Below, in pieces: positions 49,264 to 60,571 of a stretch of 64,000 bases of DNA. Location: positions 704,001 through 768,000 of the forward strand of contig CBDDTI010000747.1 in assembly GCA_965233585.1 (NCBI GenBank), in the 5' to 3' direction. Source of the DNA: a bacterium. GTDB taxonomy: Bacteria > SAR324 > NAC60-12. The translations under genes and the position numbers were made by a program. Under the pieces are notes generated by a model that did not search any database, was not told the origin of the DNA, and saw nothing but the letters and a program-made list of their open reading frames with translations. Within the stretch, counting starts at the first letter, position 1. Each line of letters begins with the position of its first letter.

Positions 49264-50034
49264 ATGAAAGTTGTTATTTTAGCTGGGGGGTTAGGAACAA
49301 GGTTGGCTGAATACACTGCTGACCTGCCAAAGCCAATGGTTCAAATTGGGGGCAAGCCTATTTTATGGCATATTATGAACTTCTATGCCTCTTATGGTTA
49401 TGATGATTTTTACATTGCTCTTGGTTACAAAGGGGGGTGTGTCAAAGAATACTTTTTAAATTATGCAACACTCCAGTCTGATTTTACTGTGGACTTAGCC
49501 ACAGGTCATGTGCAATGTTTGCGGAAGTCTCAGACTTCTTGGAAGGTCACCTTAGTTGAAACAGGGCAACACTCTATGACAGGAGGCAGGTTGAAACGTA
49601 TGCAACCCTATCTTGATGACACTTTCTTGCTAACTTATGGTGACGGGCTTTCTAATGTCAATTTAGAAAAACTTGTCAGGTTTCATCAACATCACAAACG
49701 TCTTATCACCGTCACGGCAGTCCGTCCTACTGCACGTTTTGGAGAGTTGGAAATTGTTGAAGGTCAGGTGACCCATTTTTTAGAAAAACCACAAACGAAT
49801 GTAGGCTGGATCAATGGAGGTTTTTTTGTTGTTGAACCCTCTTTCCTTCAGCAAATTGAAGACGATGACACCATTCTTGAGAAACAACCATTAGAAAATG
49901 CGGCAAAGCAAGGACAGCTTTCTGCTTACCAACATGACGGCTTTTGGCATTGCATGGACACTCTCCGTGATTTGAAATCTTTGGAAGCCTTATGGAAAAC
50001 GGGAGATGCCCCTTGGAACAGGTCAAATCTATGA
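49264..50034 (+). CDS. rfbF: Glucose-1-phosphate cytidylyltransferase
   Basis: LAGGLGTRL, KPMVQIG, MTGGRLKR, TYGDG, WHCMDTLRD. Confidence 0.93.
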   Translation: MKVVILAGGLGTRLAEYTADLPKPMVQIGGKPILWHIMNFYASYGYDDFYIALGYKGGCVKEYFLNYATLQSDFTVDLATGHVQCLRKSQTSWKVTLVETGQHSMTGGRLKRMQPYLDDTFLLTYGDGLSNVNLEKLVRFHQHHKRLITVTAVRPTARFGELEIVEGQVTHFLEKPQTNVGWINGGFFVVEPSFLQQIEDDDTILEKQPLENAAKQGQLSAYQHDGFWHCMDTLRDLKSLEALWKTGDAPWNRSNL

Positions 50035-50103
50035 AACCAATGATTCATCAATACTCTTTTCACATTCTTTTTTCTAGTCTTTCAATCAAGCCTTTTTCTC
50101 ACC

Positions 50104-51381
50104 GTGTCTTCTGATTTTTTAAGTTTAAATTCTAGGGCATTGTTTCAAGGCTGTCTTACCGTTCCGGGGTCTAAAAGCATTGCAAATCGGGTGTTGTTGC
50201 TTTCAGCACTGGCTGAGGGAACAACCCTTTTGCAAAACGTCCCCAAGAATGATGATGTCAGTTACATGTCTCAAGCACTGGGGCAGTTGGGAGTGCAGAT
50301 TAATGCAAATGGGGATTCTTTAGTCATTGAAGGAGTAGGAGGGCAGTTTCCTTGTCAGCAAGCTGATTTATTTCTGGGTAATGCAGGAACAGCCACGCGT
50401 TTTCTAACAGCAGGTTTGTGCATTGCAGAAGGAAATTTTGGAGTTGATGGAGTGGAACGTATGCGGGAACGTCCTATTGCACCACTGGTAGAAACACTTA
50501 ACATGCTCGGTGCAGACATTTCTTATCAAAAACGCAAAGGCTATCTTCCCTTACAAATCAAGGCAAATGGCATTCAAGGACAAATCGTTCCTATTGACCC
50601 CTCTATGAGCAGTCAATATCTTTCTGCTGTTTTGATGATTGCCCCCCTCGCAAAGTCTGACGTCACGTTCACACTGCAAAGTCCTGCTGTTTCTCTACCC
50701 TACGTTGAGATGACGATGAAGTTGATGCAAAAGTTTGGAGTGCAAGTAGAACATCAAAACTTTGAAAAATTTCAGATTGCTGGGTCTCAAAATTATGTTG
50801 CACCAGAGGTTTTGCATATTGAACCTGATGCCTCGTCAGCTTCTTACTTCTTGGCAGGGGCTGCCATCACCAAAGGTGAAATCATCATCAAAGGCTATGG
50901 TTCAAGGAGTATTCAAGGCGATGCTCAATTTGCCAAGATACTAGAACAAATGGGGGCGACTCTTCACTGGCAAGATGAGCAAGTGACGATTCAAGGGGCA
51001 ACGCTACATGGAATTGATGTGGATATGAACAACATGCCAGATGCCGCAATGACACTTGCAGTAACAGCACTTTTTGCTAAGGGAAAAACCAAGATTCGCA
51101 ACATTTACAACTGGCGTCTTAAAGAAACAGAACGTCTTCAGGCAGTCTCCACAGAATTACGAAAACTTGGGGCAGATGTAGAGGAGGGCAGTGATTTTCT
51201 TGTGATTGAACCACCTCTAAAAATCAGACCTGCAGAAATCCAAACTTATGATGACCACCGAATGGCAATGGCATTTGCTCTTGCAGCGTGTCGGGGGACT
51301 CCAATCACTTTGCAAAATCCAAGTTGTGTGTCAAAATCGTTTCCTGATTTTTTTCAGATATTTACAAAGTTTTTCAATTAG
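50104..51381 (+). CDS. aroA: 3-phosphoshikimate 1-carboxyvinyltransferase (EPSP synthase)
   Basis: PGSKSIANR, GNAGTATR, SSQYLS, RLKETER, DDHRMAM. Confidence 0.96.
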   Translation: MSSDFLSLNSRALFQGCLTVPGSKSIANRVLLLSALAEGTTLLQNVPKNDDVSYMSQALGQLGVQINANGDSLVIEGVGGQFPCQQADLFLGNAGTATRFLTAGLCIAEGNFGVDGVERMRERPIAPLVETLNMLGADISYQKRKGYLPLQIKANGIQGQIVPIDPSMSSQYLSAVLMIAPLAKSDVTFTLQSPAVSLPYVEMTMKLMQKFGVQVEHQNFEKFQIAGSQNYVAPEVLHIEPDASSASYFLAGAAITKGEIIIKGYGSRSIQGDAQFAKILEQMGATLHWQDEQVTIQGATLHGIDVDMNNMPDAAMTLAVTALFAKGKTKIRNIYNWRLKETERLQAVSTELRKLGADVEEGSDFLVIEPPLKIRPAEIQTYDDHRMAMAFALAACRGTPITLQNPSCVSKSFPDFFQIFTKFFN

Positions 51382-51387
51382 TTCAAC

Positions 51388-52482
51388 ATGAGTAGTCATT
51401 TTGGCAAGTTATTCCAAATCAGCACATGGGGGGAATCTCATGGTGGAACAATCGGCGTCGTCGTTGATGGTTGTCCTGCAGGTCTTGAAATCACAGCAGA
51501 GGCTATTCAGAAAGAGCTAGACCGCAGAAAACCCGGACAAAGCAAAATCACCACACAACGCAAAGAAGCAGACACGATTGAAATTTTGTCAGGTGTGTTT
51601 GAAGGCAGGACGTTGGGAACACCGATTGCCATGCACGTTCACAATACTGATGCCAGACCTGAAGCATACGATGAGTTGAAGGACTTGTTTAGACCTAGCC
51701 ATGCAGATTATACCTATGAGGCTAAGTATGGATTGAGAAATTGGCAAGGAGGCGGACGTTCAAGTGCAAGGGAAACGATTGGGCGTGTTGCGGCAGGGGC
51801 GATTGCCAGACAAATTTTACAGCAAGCATGCGGTGCAACTGTCCTTGCCTACGTTGAACAAATTTATAACGTCCGTGCCAAAATTGACCCTGCACAAGTG
51901 TCTTTAGAAGATATAGAAAGCAATATTACCAGATGTCCCGATATTCAGTCAGCAGAACAAATGATAAAGGTGATAGATGAGGCAAGGAAGTCTGGCGACA
52001 GCGTGGGCGGTGTGGTTGCCGCTTATGTGAAAGGACTGCCTGCCGGGCTAGGCGAACCTGTTTTTGACAAACTCACGGCTGACTTGGCAAAAGCTCTCAT
52101 GTCATTACCTGCGACGCGTGGCATTGAGTTTGGGCTTGGGTTTGATGCAATCCATCTCAAAGGTTCTCAACACAATGACGCTTTTGTGCTGAAAGATGAC
52201 CAAATTCGCACAAAAACTAATCATTCAGGAGGCATACAAGGTGGCATTTCTAATGGTGAGCCTTTGTTTTTGCGGGTTGCCTTTAAACCAACTGCTACAA
52301 TCAACTTTGAACAGCAAACTCTCACAAGAGACCATCAGGCTTATTCACTTCGTGCAAAAGGAAGGCATGATCCTTGCGTCATTCCGAGGGCTGTGCCTAT
52401 TGTTGAAGCCATGATTCACCTAGTTTTGGTGGATCATTATTTGCGTCAGCAAACTGCGTCTATTCACCATTTAAAAAAGTAA
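51388..52482 (+). CDS. aroC: Chorismate synthase
   Basis: [28 protein letters not shown]. Confidence 0.97.
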   Translation: MSSHFGKLFQISTWGESHGGTIGVVVDGCPAGLEITAEAIQKELDRRKPGQSKITTQRKEADTIEILSGVFEGRTLGTPIAMHVHNTDARPEAYDELKDLFRPSHADYTYEAKYGLRNWQGGGRSSARETIGRVAAGAIARQILQQACGATVLAYVEQIYNVRAKIDPAQVSLEDIESNITRCPDIQSAEQMIKVIDEARKSGDSVGGVVAAYVKGLPAGLGEPVFDKLTADLAKALMSLPATRGIEFGLGFDAIHLKGSQHNDAFVLKDDQIRTKTNHSGGIQGGISNGEPLFLRVAFKPTATINFEQQTLTRDHQAYSLRAKGRHDPCVIPRAVPIVEAMIHLVLVDHYLRQQTASIHHLKK

Positions 52483-52515
52483 CTTGACATCATTTTTTAT
52501 TTTAAAGGAGTCCTT

Positions 52516-53280
52516 ATGAATCGTTCTCATCTCTCAAAAATCCTCTTATCTCTTGCAATCCTTTTGTCTTTGGCAGTTTCTGCTTCTGCTCAACAAGAAG
52601 ATTCTCAACAGAATCTTTCGCAAAATGAACAGCTTGAAAATGAATTGCTTGAGGAGCGGGCTAGATATAATGCCATGAGGCAGGAGTTGGAAGATGAATT
52701 GCTTGAAGAAAGATCCATTTATGATGAGTTGTTGGAAAAATATGAAGTGCTTCAAAAACGTGCAGAAGAATATCAGGAGGCATTGAAACAAAAAAATACT
52801 GAAGATGCTTCTGCTAAATTGGCTCAAAGTCGCATGGTACAAATCCTGCGAGAAGAACTAGAGGCATCTCAAGCCAAGATAGATGAATTAGCCAATAGAG
52901 TGAGTGTCAGAGTTGAGTCACATCTTTTGTTTAAGCAAGGCACTGCTTATATTACGGCTGAAGGATTTAAAGTTTTGGATAAAATTGCCCCTGTATTGAA
53001 AGAACAAGTTGAGGGGCAACATATCCATGTAGAAGGACACACCGACTCCATCTTAATTTCAAAAAAACTACAAAAAATGTATCCAACTAATTGGGAACTT
53101 TCCACAGCACGTGCAGTCAAAGTTTTGCGATACCTTGTTGATGAACATGACTTTAAACCTTCACAACTCTCTGCAACAGGTTTTGGACCTTTTCAGCCGA
53201 TTGCTGACAACACCACGTATGAAGGTAGGAAAATAAACAGACGTGTTGAGTTTATCATCACCCCACCACAAAAACGTTAA
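52516..53280 (+). CDS. OmpA/MotB-like peptidoglycan-binding protein with a coiled coil
   Basis: Signal peptide, coiled coil, EGHTD, NWELSTARA, NRRVEF. Confidence 0.88.
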   Translation: MNRSHLSKILLSLAILLSLAVSASAQQEDSQQNLSQNEQLENELLEERARYNAMRQELEDELLEERSIYDELLEKYEVLQKRAEEYQEALKQKNTEDASAKLAQSRMVQILREELEASQAKIDELANRVSVRVESHLLFKQGTAYITAEGFKVLDKIAPVLKEQVEGQHIHVEGHTDSILISKKLQKMYPTNWELSTARAVKVLRYLVDEHDFKPSQLSATGFGPFQPIADNTTYEGRKINRRVEFIITPPQKR

Positions 53281-53416
53281 AGACGAAGAGACACATTGCA
53301 CCTGATACTAAACAAGTGGACTCTTGTGCAATGGTTTCTTTCGTCTGAAAACGTTGAGGTTTGCTTCTCTGAAGCAACTCTCAAACTCCTGCCATTTCTA
53401 AAACTCACAAAATTAC

Positions 53417-54286
53417 ATGTTGTCAAGCCGTAGCTGGATTATCTTCATTCCTCCAGTTGTTTGGGGACTTTCGTTTGTCGTCCAGCGGAACGCTACCTCA
53501 ATCATTGAACCATTTGGATTCAATGCCGCACGTTATTTAGTTGCGGCTTTGGTGGTGATTCCATTTTTTAGGCTTGGTCAATCTGACACAAATGTCAGCC
53601 TTCTCAAAAAAATTTATTTTGGCACATTGACTGGCATACTTTTGTATGGAGGTTCTGCGTTTCAACAAATTGGTCTTGAATTGACAACAGCAGGTAAATC
53701 TGCCTTCATTACGGGGTTGTATGTCATCTGGATTCCATGTTTGGCAAGGTTGCTAGGGCAGAAGATAGAAAAATCTGTTTGGCTGGGTGGGTGCATTGCA
53801 CTTGTTGGATTGTATCTATTGAGTGGCTTGGAAAGTGGAGACCTCAATCGTGGGGACGTGATGACTTTTTTAGGCTCAATTTGCTGGGCTGGACATGTCT
53901 TGATGGTGGAACGTTGCGCTAAAAGTCTCAATTCTTACAAATTTTGTGCATTGCAATTTATCGCCTGTTCCATTTTAAGTTTTTTTACGTCTTTGCAAGT
54001 TGAGCAAGTGACGTCAGAACAGTTACAAATGAGCATTTGGGGGATTCTCTACACGGGAGCAATTTCTGTTGGCATTGGACATACTTTGCAGACGATTGGG
54101 CAACGTTACGTGTCTTCTTCAAAAGCCGCATTGATTTTAAGCACAGAAGCCGTTTTTGGTGCGCTGTTTGGTTGGGTCTTTTTGTCAGAAATTCTTTCTC
54201 CAGTTGCCATGCTTGGCTGTGTTTTGATGTTTCTTGGTATTGTCATCTCTTTAAATCTCCAAATCCGCAAACAAGCCACTGCTTGA
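53417..54286 (+). CDS. DMT/EamA family transporter
   Basis: About 10 transmembrane segments, WGLSFV, TTAGKSAFITGL, EAVF. Confidence 0.9.
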   Translation: MLSSRSWIIFIPPVVWGLSFVVQRNATSIIEPFGFNAARYLVAALVVIPFFRLGQSDTNVSLLKKIYFGTLTGILLYGGSAFQQIGLELTTAGKSAFITGLYVIWIPCLARLLGQKIEKSVWLGGCIALVGLYLLSGLESGDLNRGDVMTFLGSICWAGHVLMVERCAKSLNSYKFCALQFIACSILSFFTSLQVEQVTSEQLQMSIWGILYTGAISVGIGHTLQTIGQRYVSSSKAALILSTEAVFGALFGWVFLSEILSPVAMLGCVLMFLGIVISLNLQIRKQATA

Positions 54287-54300
54287 CTCCTTGCAAAAAA

Positions 54301-54353
54301 GACTCCTGTTTTTCACTGTTCAACAGGTTGAAAAACAATCGTCAATTTGTGTC
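54301..54353. terminator. Long hairpin between convergent genes, probable terminator
   Basis: TGTTTTTCA-CTGTT...AACAG..TGAAAAACA inverted repeat. Confidence 0.45.
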
Positions 54354-54398
54354 AATCATTTTTGTCAAATTTTTCTAAACTCAAATCAAGGCATGATT

Positions 54399-55544
54399 TT
54401 ATTCTTCTAAATCAGGCAATGTGCCTTCAATGATAAAACGTTGTGTATTTTCGTAAGGTTCTTGGCTGACCAGACGAACAGACTTAAAGAGTGCCGCAGA
54501 GTTAAAAGACTCCAGTGAGTCAGGAATGCCTTGAGCTGAAACAGCACGTAGATGAAAGCGGACTTGATTTTTGTAATAGGTCAGACGTTCTAACCAAACA
54601 GAATTTGGAATGGTTTGCAGGGCATTTTTAAGATGTTGAAAAGTCGTAGAAGACTCCCGTTGCAAGCGATGATAAATTTTTGCAATATGACTGATTTGTT
54701 CCTGCTGTTTGATAAAGTCTTGTAACTGCGAAAGCTCCTGTTGGTCTCTTACCATGAGTGCTTCCAATTTGGCAATTTCTTGCAAATGGTCTTGAACTTG
54801 GTCTTGTAAAGATCTACTGAAAACATACACTCCTATCCAGATTAAGAGAGGCAAAAGGACGCTCAGCCAGTCTCTTCTTTTGAGCTTTGTATGCCATTTT
54901 AAACTTCTAAATTTGAATCTTTGAGGCAGATTGTGATTCAAAATCAAGGGAGCTTGCTCTTTCGTCATTTCCAGAATTTTGGCATGTTCTGCAAATGGAT
55001 ATAAATCTTGACTCCATTTGAGACCCTGCATTTCAGCAAATGGAGCAATCCACAATTTAATCAGATGCTTTTTGGTTTTTGAAAGACCAAGCACTTGACC
55101 TGCCCCACGAAAAATCAACACATTTTGCTCATGTTCTAATAGATACTTCACAAAGGCTAGCGAGGCAGGTCTCCAAATGTATTTTTGTTGCAGTTTGGTA
55201 AGTAATTCCTGACCAGCAGGAGAAAGACAGCTTAATAAAAATCCTTTGGCACTGCCGTCCACTGGGACAAAGGCTAAGCCAATATGTTCATTTGAGAGTT
55301 GGTGAGAAGTTGCAAAGTTTTGGACGTAGTGAATGGTTTCTAACTTGGAAAGTGAGCGGGTTTGTTGAAAACGAGTGAAAGCCCAAGGTGGTTCTAAAAA
55401 CAGGCAAATTGGTCTTTGAGCAAAGCCTTCTAAAAGCTCAAGAACAGCCTCAGGCTGGGGCGAATGAAGTTGATGAACTGACGTCTGGTCTTTGTCAACT
55501 ATGATGCACTGATGACGAGACAGCAGAACTCTAACAGTAGACAC
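54399..55544 (-). CDS. PilN/GspL-like membrane protein
   Basis: Single transmembrane segment, coiled coil, then IPNSVWLERL typical of PilN-type domains. Confidence 0.6.
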   Translation of the reverse strand: MSTVRVLLSRHQCIIVDKDQTSVHQLHSPQPEAVLELLEGFAQRPICLFLEPPWAFTRFQQTRSLSKLETIHYVQNFATSHQLSNEHIGLAFVPVDGSAKGFLLSCLSPAGQELLTKLQQKYIWRPASLAFVKYLLEHEQNVLIFRGAGQVLGLSKTKKHLIKLWIAPFAEMQGLKWSQDLYPFAEHAKILEMTKEQAPLILNHNLPQRFKFRSLKWHTKLKRRDWLSVLLPLLIWIGVYVFSRSLQDQVQDHLQEIAKLEALMVRDQQELSQLQDFIKQQEQISHIAKIYHRLQRESSTTFQHLKNALQTIPNSVWLERLTYYKNQVRFHLRAVSAQGIPDSLESFNSAALFKSVRLVSQEPYENTQRFIIEGTLPDLEE

Positions 55545-55573
55545 GGCTGAGACCTATCACTTCTGCAAAGTTT

Positions 55574-57163
55574 TTACCCATCTTGGCAAAGAGTCTGCCA
55601 GCAATATTGTCCACTTAGTGAAATGGTGTTGGGAGTTTTGGAAATGTAAGCAGAATTGACACGCAAATATTCCAAAACTTGAAAGACGTCTTCGCAGTCT
55701 TGGTCTAATGCCTTGGCACATTCTTCAGCAGTGCAAGACTTTTGTGTCTTTATAAAATCCAATATTTTTTTTTGGAGTTTTAAGATGTTTTCTGCGGCTT
55801 TTTTACCTGCTTCTACTCCCGGCTGGTGATAGGCATTGACATTGACCAATGTTGCATAAAATCCAACAGCACGTTCATACAAGGCGATTAATGCACCAAG
55901 TGAAAAGGCATCAAGTTTTTCAAGTGTGATGAGAATGGACTGCCTCTTGTTTTCTGAAAGTGCTTGACGAGAACCTAATAAAAACCCGTGTAAATAATCA
56001 CCAGACGTGGTCTGGTCTTCTACTTCAATAGAAGTTCCATGACGATTTTGCAAAATTTGAATGAATGTGACAAAAAAGTTATTGGCGCCCTCTCGCAGTT
56101 GTTGGATATAGGCATGTTGGTCAGTTGACCCTTTGTTGCCATAAACGACAAGACCTTGATTGACTTGTGAGCCATCAATCGCAAATTCTTTGCCCAATGA
56201 TTCCATCACAAGCTGTTGTAAGTAGCGTCCAAAATACTCAAGGCGGTCTTTGTAAGGTAAAATCACCATATCTTTTTGACCTGTTCCATGCCCTGCCAGA
56301 TACCATGACAACGCCAGCAACATTGACGGATTTTGCATAGCTTCAGGGGTGCGAGTAGCTTGGTCCATCGCTGATGCACCATCAAGGAATGATTGAATGG
56401 GAATACCTTGCAACGCAGCAGGAAGCAAACCGACTGCTGACAACTCTGAAGTCCTTCCACCAATCCAGTCCCACATTGGAAAGATTTTTAACCAGTTTTG
56501 ACTTTTGGCAAGGTTCTCTAAAGCACTGCCTTCCATCGTAATTGCCACAGCATGCCGACTAAAATTTAAATGATTCTGTGTGAAGAAAGATTCTATCTCC
56601 AGCATGCCGTTGCGGGTTTCTTTTGTGCCTCCAGATTTAGAAATGACAATGACCAATGTTTCATCAAGGGTAGGCTGGAGGGCTTTGAAAGTGTTGTCAA
56701 AGCCGTCAGGGTCAGTATTGTCAAGCAGGAAAAAATTCATAGGGGCATCTACATCGGCAATAGCACGGGAGACCATTTGGGGTCCAAGGGCAGAACCACC
56801 GACGCCTATAACCAACATGTTTTGAAACTTCTGACCTGACGGCGTTTGGATTGTGCCTTGATGAATTTTTGAGGAAAACTCTAAAATGTCAGTCATCGTC
56901 TGTTCAATGGCTTGGGATATTTGAACATTGGGGGCGAGTTTTGAGTCTCTCAACCAATAATGCCCAACCATACGATTTTCATCAGGGTTGGCAATCACAC
57001 CCTGTTCTAATTTTGCCATTTCAGCAATCGCAAAATCGGTTTGGGGCTTCATGCTTTCCAAAAAATCTGTCTCAAGATTCATCTTGGAAAAATCAATGCG
57101 GAATCCCAGACGTTCTTCAACCCAACACCACTGAAGGTAACTAAGCTGAAATTGATTAAACAT
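55574..57163 (-). CDS. pgi: Glucose-6-phosphate isomerase
   Basis: GVGGSALG, SKSGGTKET, IGGRTS, QQLVMESLGK, QPGVEAGK. Confidence 0.96.
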   Translation of the reverse strand: MFNQFQLSYLQWCWVEERLGFRIDFSKMNLETDFLESMKPQTDFAIAEMAKLEQGVIANPDENRMVGHYWLRDSKLAPNVQISQAIEQTMTDILEFSSKIHQGTIQTPSGQKFQNMLVIGVGGSALGPQMVSRAIADVDAPMNFFLLDNTDPDGFDNTFKALQPTLDETLVIVISKSGGTKETRNGMLEIESFFTQNHLNFSRHAVAITMEGSALENLAKSQNWLKIFPMWDWIGGRTSELSAVGLLPAALQGIPIQSFLDGASAMDQATRTPEAMQNPSMLLALSWYLAGHGTGQKDMVILPYKDRLEYFGRYLQQLVMESLGKEFAIDGSQVNQGLVVYGNKGSTDQHAYIQQLREGANNFFVTFIQILQNRHGTSIEVEDQTTSGDYLHGFLLGSRQALSENKRQSILITLEKLDAFSLGALIALYERAVGFYATLVNVNAYHQPGVEAGKKAAENILKLQKKILDFIKTQKSCTAEECAKALDQDCEDVFQVLEYLRVNSAYISKTPNTISLSGQYCWQTLCQDG

Positions 57164-57308
57164 TTGAAATGAAATAAAAAAGAGAAGAGAGAGAACGCTA
57201 ACCGAAGGGCTTTTGCCTCAAATGAGAATTAAAAGACAAAAGCCTCTTTCTAAAGATTAGCTGTTTGCAAGATAGTTTGATGTGCCTCCGTGACTGGATT
57301 TTGGCAAA

Positions 57309-57950
57309 CTACATAGGATTGTAGAGGTCTGCAAGGTAGTTTGATGTGCCTTCATGGGTGGGAGACATCGCTTTTTTGCCTTTGTCCCAGTTGGCGGGGC
57401 AAACTTCTCCGTGTTGCTCAAAATGTTGTAGGGCATCAATCGTACGCAAGACGCCATAAACACTTCTACCAAGAGGCATGTTATTGACAAGTTGATGTTG
57501 GACAATGCCATTTTTATCAATCAAAAACAACCCACGATACGCTACTAATTCACCTTCAACAGACACTTGACCGTCGCTGTCTTGGACATACTCACCTGCA
57601 AGCACTCCGTAATTTTCACTAATCGTTTTGTTGGTGTCTGCAACAAGAGGATAGGTGACTCCTCCGATACCGCCTTTGTCTTTGGGAATCTGTGACCAGC
57701 CCCAGTGGCTAAATTCTGTGTCTGTGGAACAACCCACGATTTGCACATCACGACTTTCAAAGTCTGATAACGCATCTTGAAAGGCGTGAAGTTCAGTGGG
57801 ACAAACGAAGGTAAAATCTTTGGGGTAGAAAAAGAAGACGACATACTTTTCGCCACGAAATTGACTTAACGTAAATTGGGGGACAATCTCTCCATTTGCA
57901 ACCGCATTGGCAGAGAAGTCGGGGGCAGTTTTTCCAACAAGTGTAGTCAT
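57309..57950 (-). CDS. Typical 2-Cys peroxiredoxin (AhpC/Prx1)
   Basis: FYPKDFTFVCPTE and GEVCPANW. Confidence 0.95.
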   Translation of the reverse strand: MTTLVGKTAPDFSANAVANGEIVPQFTLSQFRGEKYVVFFFYPKDFTFVCPTELHAFQDALSDFESRDVQIVGCSTDTEFSHWGWSQIPKDKGGIGGVTYPLVADTNKTISENYGVLAGEYVQDSDGQVSVEGELVAYRGLFLIDKNGIVQHQLVNNMPLGRSVYGVLRTIDALQHFEQHGEVCPANWDKGKKAMSPTHEGTSNYLADLYNPM

Positions 57951-58129
57951 AATTGAATCCTTATATTTTTAAAAGTTAACAATAAGCTCTGAAAGCTAGC
58001 GTGATTGATTCCTCAAAGAACACCAACATTGAGACCATGTTCCCAAAGAACATGTCCCCTTGAAGAAGTCCACCAACTGAGGAAAAAAGGCATCATTGTA
58101 CGAAACCGAGAAAGTTTTGTCAACACAGC

Positions 58130-58630
58130 CTAGGTTTGCTCTTCTCCTTTAAGCATCACCAGAGGACCAGAACGCACCATCTCTAAAATTCCCAAATGCT
58201 GAAGCATCATCTCAATAGAGTCTATCTTTTCAGTATCTCCAGTAAATTCTACATGAATCACTTTGTCTGTCATTGTGAGTACCTTACCTTCAAAGTTTTG
58301 GATGATGTCAAAAATCTCTCGTCTTCGGGCAATCTCTGCATGTACTTTAAACAAGACTAATTCCCTGTGAATGACCTGATGTGCTTGGTGGTTGAAGGCA
58401 TGCTCCACATCTACCAATTTGTTGAGTTGTGCAACAATTTGTTGAGATTTATTGGTGTTGTGTTCTCCTTCTGCCACAATGGTCAATCTTGAAAAACGAT
58501 TGTTATGAGCAGGAGAGACAATGACAGAATGCAAATTGTATCCACGTCTGACAAAAGTTTGTAAAATCCGCATCAATGCCCCAAGATGATTGATGACCTT
58601 GATGCTGACTGTGAGTGTTGAGAGTTTCAT
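58130..58630 (-). CDS. ilvN: Acetolactate synthase small (regulatory) subunit
   Basis: ACT domain (FVRRGYNLHS, QLNKLVDV, RELVLFKV, EMVRSG); lies next to the large subunit. Confidence 0.9.
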   Translation of the reverse strand: MKLSTLTVSIKVINHLGALMRILQTFVRRGYNLHSVIVSPAHNNRFSRLTIVAEGEHNTNKSQQIVAQLNKLVDVEHAFNHQAHQVIHRELVLFKVHAEIARRREIFDIIQNFEGKVLTMTDKVIHVEFTGDTEKIDSIEMMLQHLGILEMVRSGPLVMLKGEEQT

Positions 58631-58649
58631 AATGTTTTTGATTGGAATC

Positions 58650-60356
58650 TTAAGTACTTCCCGTCGGTTTGGGCAGTTTAGTTTTGGGTGGTTCTAGCAA
58701 CATATCTTGATAAGTGCCTCCTGCGGGAATCATAGGGAAGACATTGTCTTCTTGTGAAACATGAGCATCAATGACGCAAGGACCAGCATAATCCAGTGCT
58801 TTTTTTAGAATCTTTTTGGTATCACTGACACGTTTGATGCGGAAGCCTGCCATGCCATAGGACGCTGCCAGCTTGACAAAATCAGGGTTGCCCTCCAAAT
58901 CCACACCATTTAAACGATTCTCAAAAAACATATTTTGCCACTGCCTCACCATTCCTAAAAACGCATTGTTGATGATTAATATTTTGATAGGAGTTTTTTG
59001 GAGAATGACGGTGGAAAGTTCTGCTTGTGTCATTTGAAAGCCTCCATCTCCCACAACAGCAATCACGATTTTGTCGGGGTGTGCCAGTTGTGCGCCAATC
59101 GCCGCAGGCATGCCAAATCCCATCGTTCCAGCTCCTCCGCTTGAAATCCATTGTCGTTCATACGAGCAAGGGTAAAATTGTGCTGCCCACATCTGGTGCT
59201 GTCCAACGTCGGTTGTCACAATGGCTTTGCCATCAGAGACTTCATAAATTTTACGAAGCACATATTGTGCAGTAAGTCCTTGCTGGTTGGAGTATTTAAG
59301 GGGGTATTCCTGTTTTAACGTTTTGATTTGTTTAAGCCACGACGAACGTTCTTGGGATTCAATGCTGGCAGTGAGTTCTTTTAAAGTATGGGTTGCGTCT
59401 CCACGAATCGCCAAATCTACTTGCACCGTTTTATTAAATTCAGCAGGGTCAATGTCAAGGTGAATCCTTTTGGCATTTTTGCAAAACTCCTCCACCTTTC
59501 CTGCCACACGGTCGTCCCACCTTGCCCCCACTGACAAAATCAAATCACAATCCAAAACTGCCTTGTTGGCATAAGCTGTGCCGTGCATACCAAGCATGCC
59601 AAGAGCAAGCTGATGACTTTCTGGGAATGCACCCTTGCCAAGTAAGGTATTCGTAACAGGAATGTTTCCTTTTTCTGCCAGCCGCAACAATGCCTCTCTT
59701 GCATAGGAGATGACTGCACCTTGACCAACATAAAGCAGGGGACGTCTTGAATAATTAATCATCTCTGCCGCTTTTCTCACGCTGTCTAAATCTACTTTGT
59801 GCCTATCGTGAATTTGGTAACCGGGCAATTCAACGTGGTCTATGAAGGGACTGGTGCATTCTGCACTTAAAACATCTTTGGGAATGTCAATTAAGATGGG
59901 ACCGGGTCTGCCCGTTGAGGCAATGTAAAAGGCTTCTTTCATCACTCTTGGCAGGTCATTTGGGTCTTTGACCAGATAGCTATGTTTGACAACTGGCATG
60001 GTGATTCCAAAAATATCTGCTTCTTGGAAGGCATCTAGTCCTAAATTAGTGGACAACGTCTGCCCTGAAATCACAATCAGCGGAGAAGAATCCATTTGAG
60101 CAGTCAAGAGACCTGTGACAGCGTTGGTTGCCCCAGGACCTGACGTGACCAAAACCACCCCCGGCTTACCTGAAGCACGAGCATAGCCGTCTGCCATGTG
60201 GGTTGCCCCTTGTTCGTGCCTCACCAACACAAGTTTAATCACCTTAGAGTCAAGAAGTGAATCAAAAATCGGAATACATGCACCACCGGGATACCCAAAA
60301 ACGTACTCCACTCCTTCTATTTCCAAAGACTTGATAACAACCTCAGATCCTTCCAT
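58650..60356 (-). CDS. ilvB: Acetolactate synthase large subunit, biosynthetic type
   Basis: [34 protein letters not shown]. Confidence 0.95.
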   Translation of the reverse strand: MEGSEVVIKSLEIEGVEYVFGYPGGACIPIFDSLLDSKVIKLVLVRHEQGATHMADGYARASGKPGVVLVTSGPGATNAVTGLLTAQMDSSPLIVISGQTLSTNLGLDAFQEADIFGITMPVVKHSYLVKDPNDLPRVMKEAFYIASTGRPGPILIDIPKDVLSAECTSPFIDHVELPGYQIHDRHKVDLDSVRKAAEMINYSRRPLLYVGQGAVISYAREALLRLAEKGNIPVTNTLLGKGAFPESHQLALGMLGMHGTAYANKAVLDCDLILSVGARWDDRVAGKVEEFCKNAKRIHLDIDPAEFNKTVQVDLAIRGDATHTLKELTASIESQERSSWLKQIKTLKQEYPLKYSNQQGLTAQYVLRKIYEVSDGKAIVTTDVGQHQMWAAQFYPCSYERQWISSGGAGTMGFGMPAAIGAQLAHPDKIVIAVVGDGGFQMTQAELSTVILQKTPIKILIINNAFLGMVRQWQNMFFENRLNGVDLEGNPDFVKLAASYGMAGFRIKRVSDTKKILKKALDYAGPCVIDAHVSQEDNVFPMIPAGGTYQDMLLEPPKTKLPKPTGST

Positions 60357-60571
60357 AATCTTTACTCTTCAAAATTGTTTGCAACAGGAAGATAATATCT
60401 TCAAAAAAACTAAAAATCAAATAAAATCTTAATCTTTTTTAAATTAATTCAAAAAATAAAACAAAAATTAATCCAAATCACTCAAATTCATTTGAACAAA
60501 ATCAATTTTAAAAGTATATTGAAACTGAAGAATCTTTCAAAACATCTCATCTTGAATTAAAAAGTAGTTTT

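Noticed and set aside
60357..60571. ilvB attenuator leader peptide
   Set aside because: AT-rich divergent promoter region; no Ile/Leu/Val-rich leader or terminator hairpin seen
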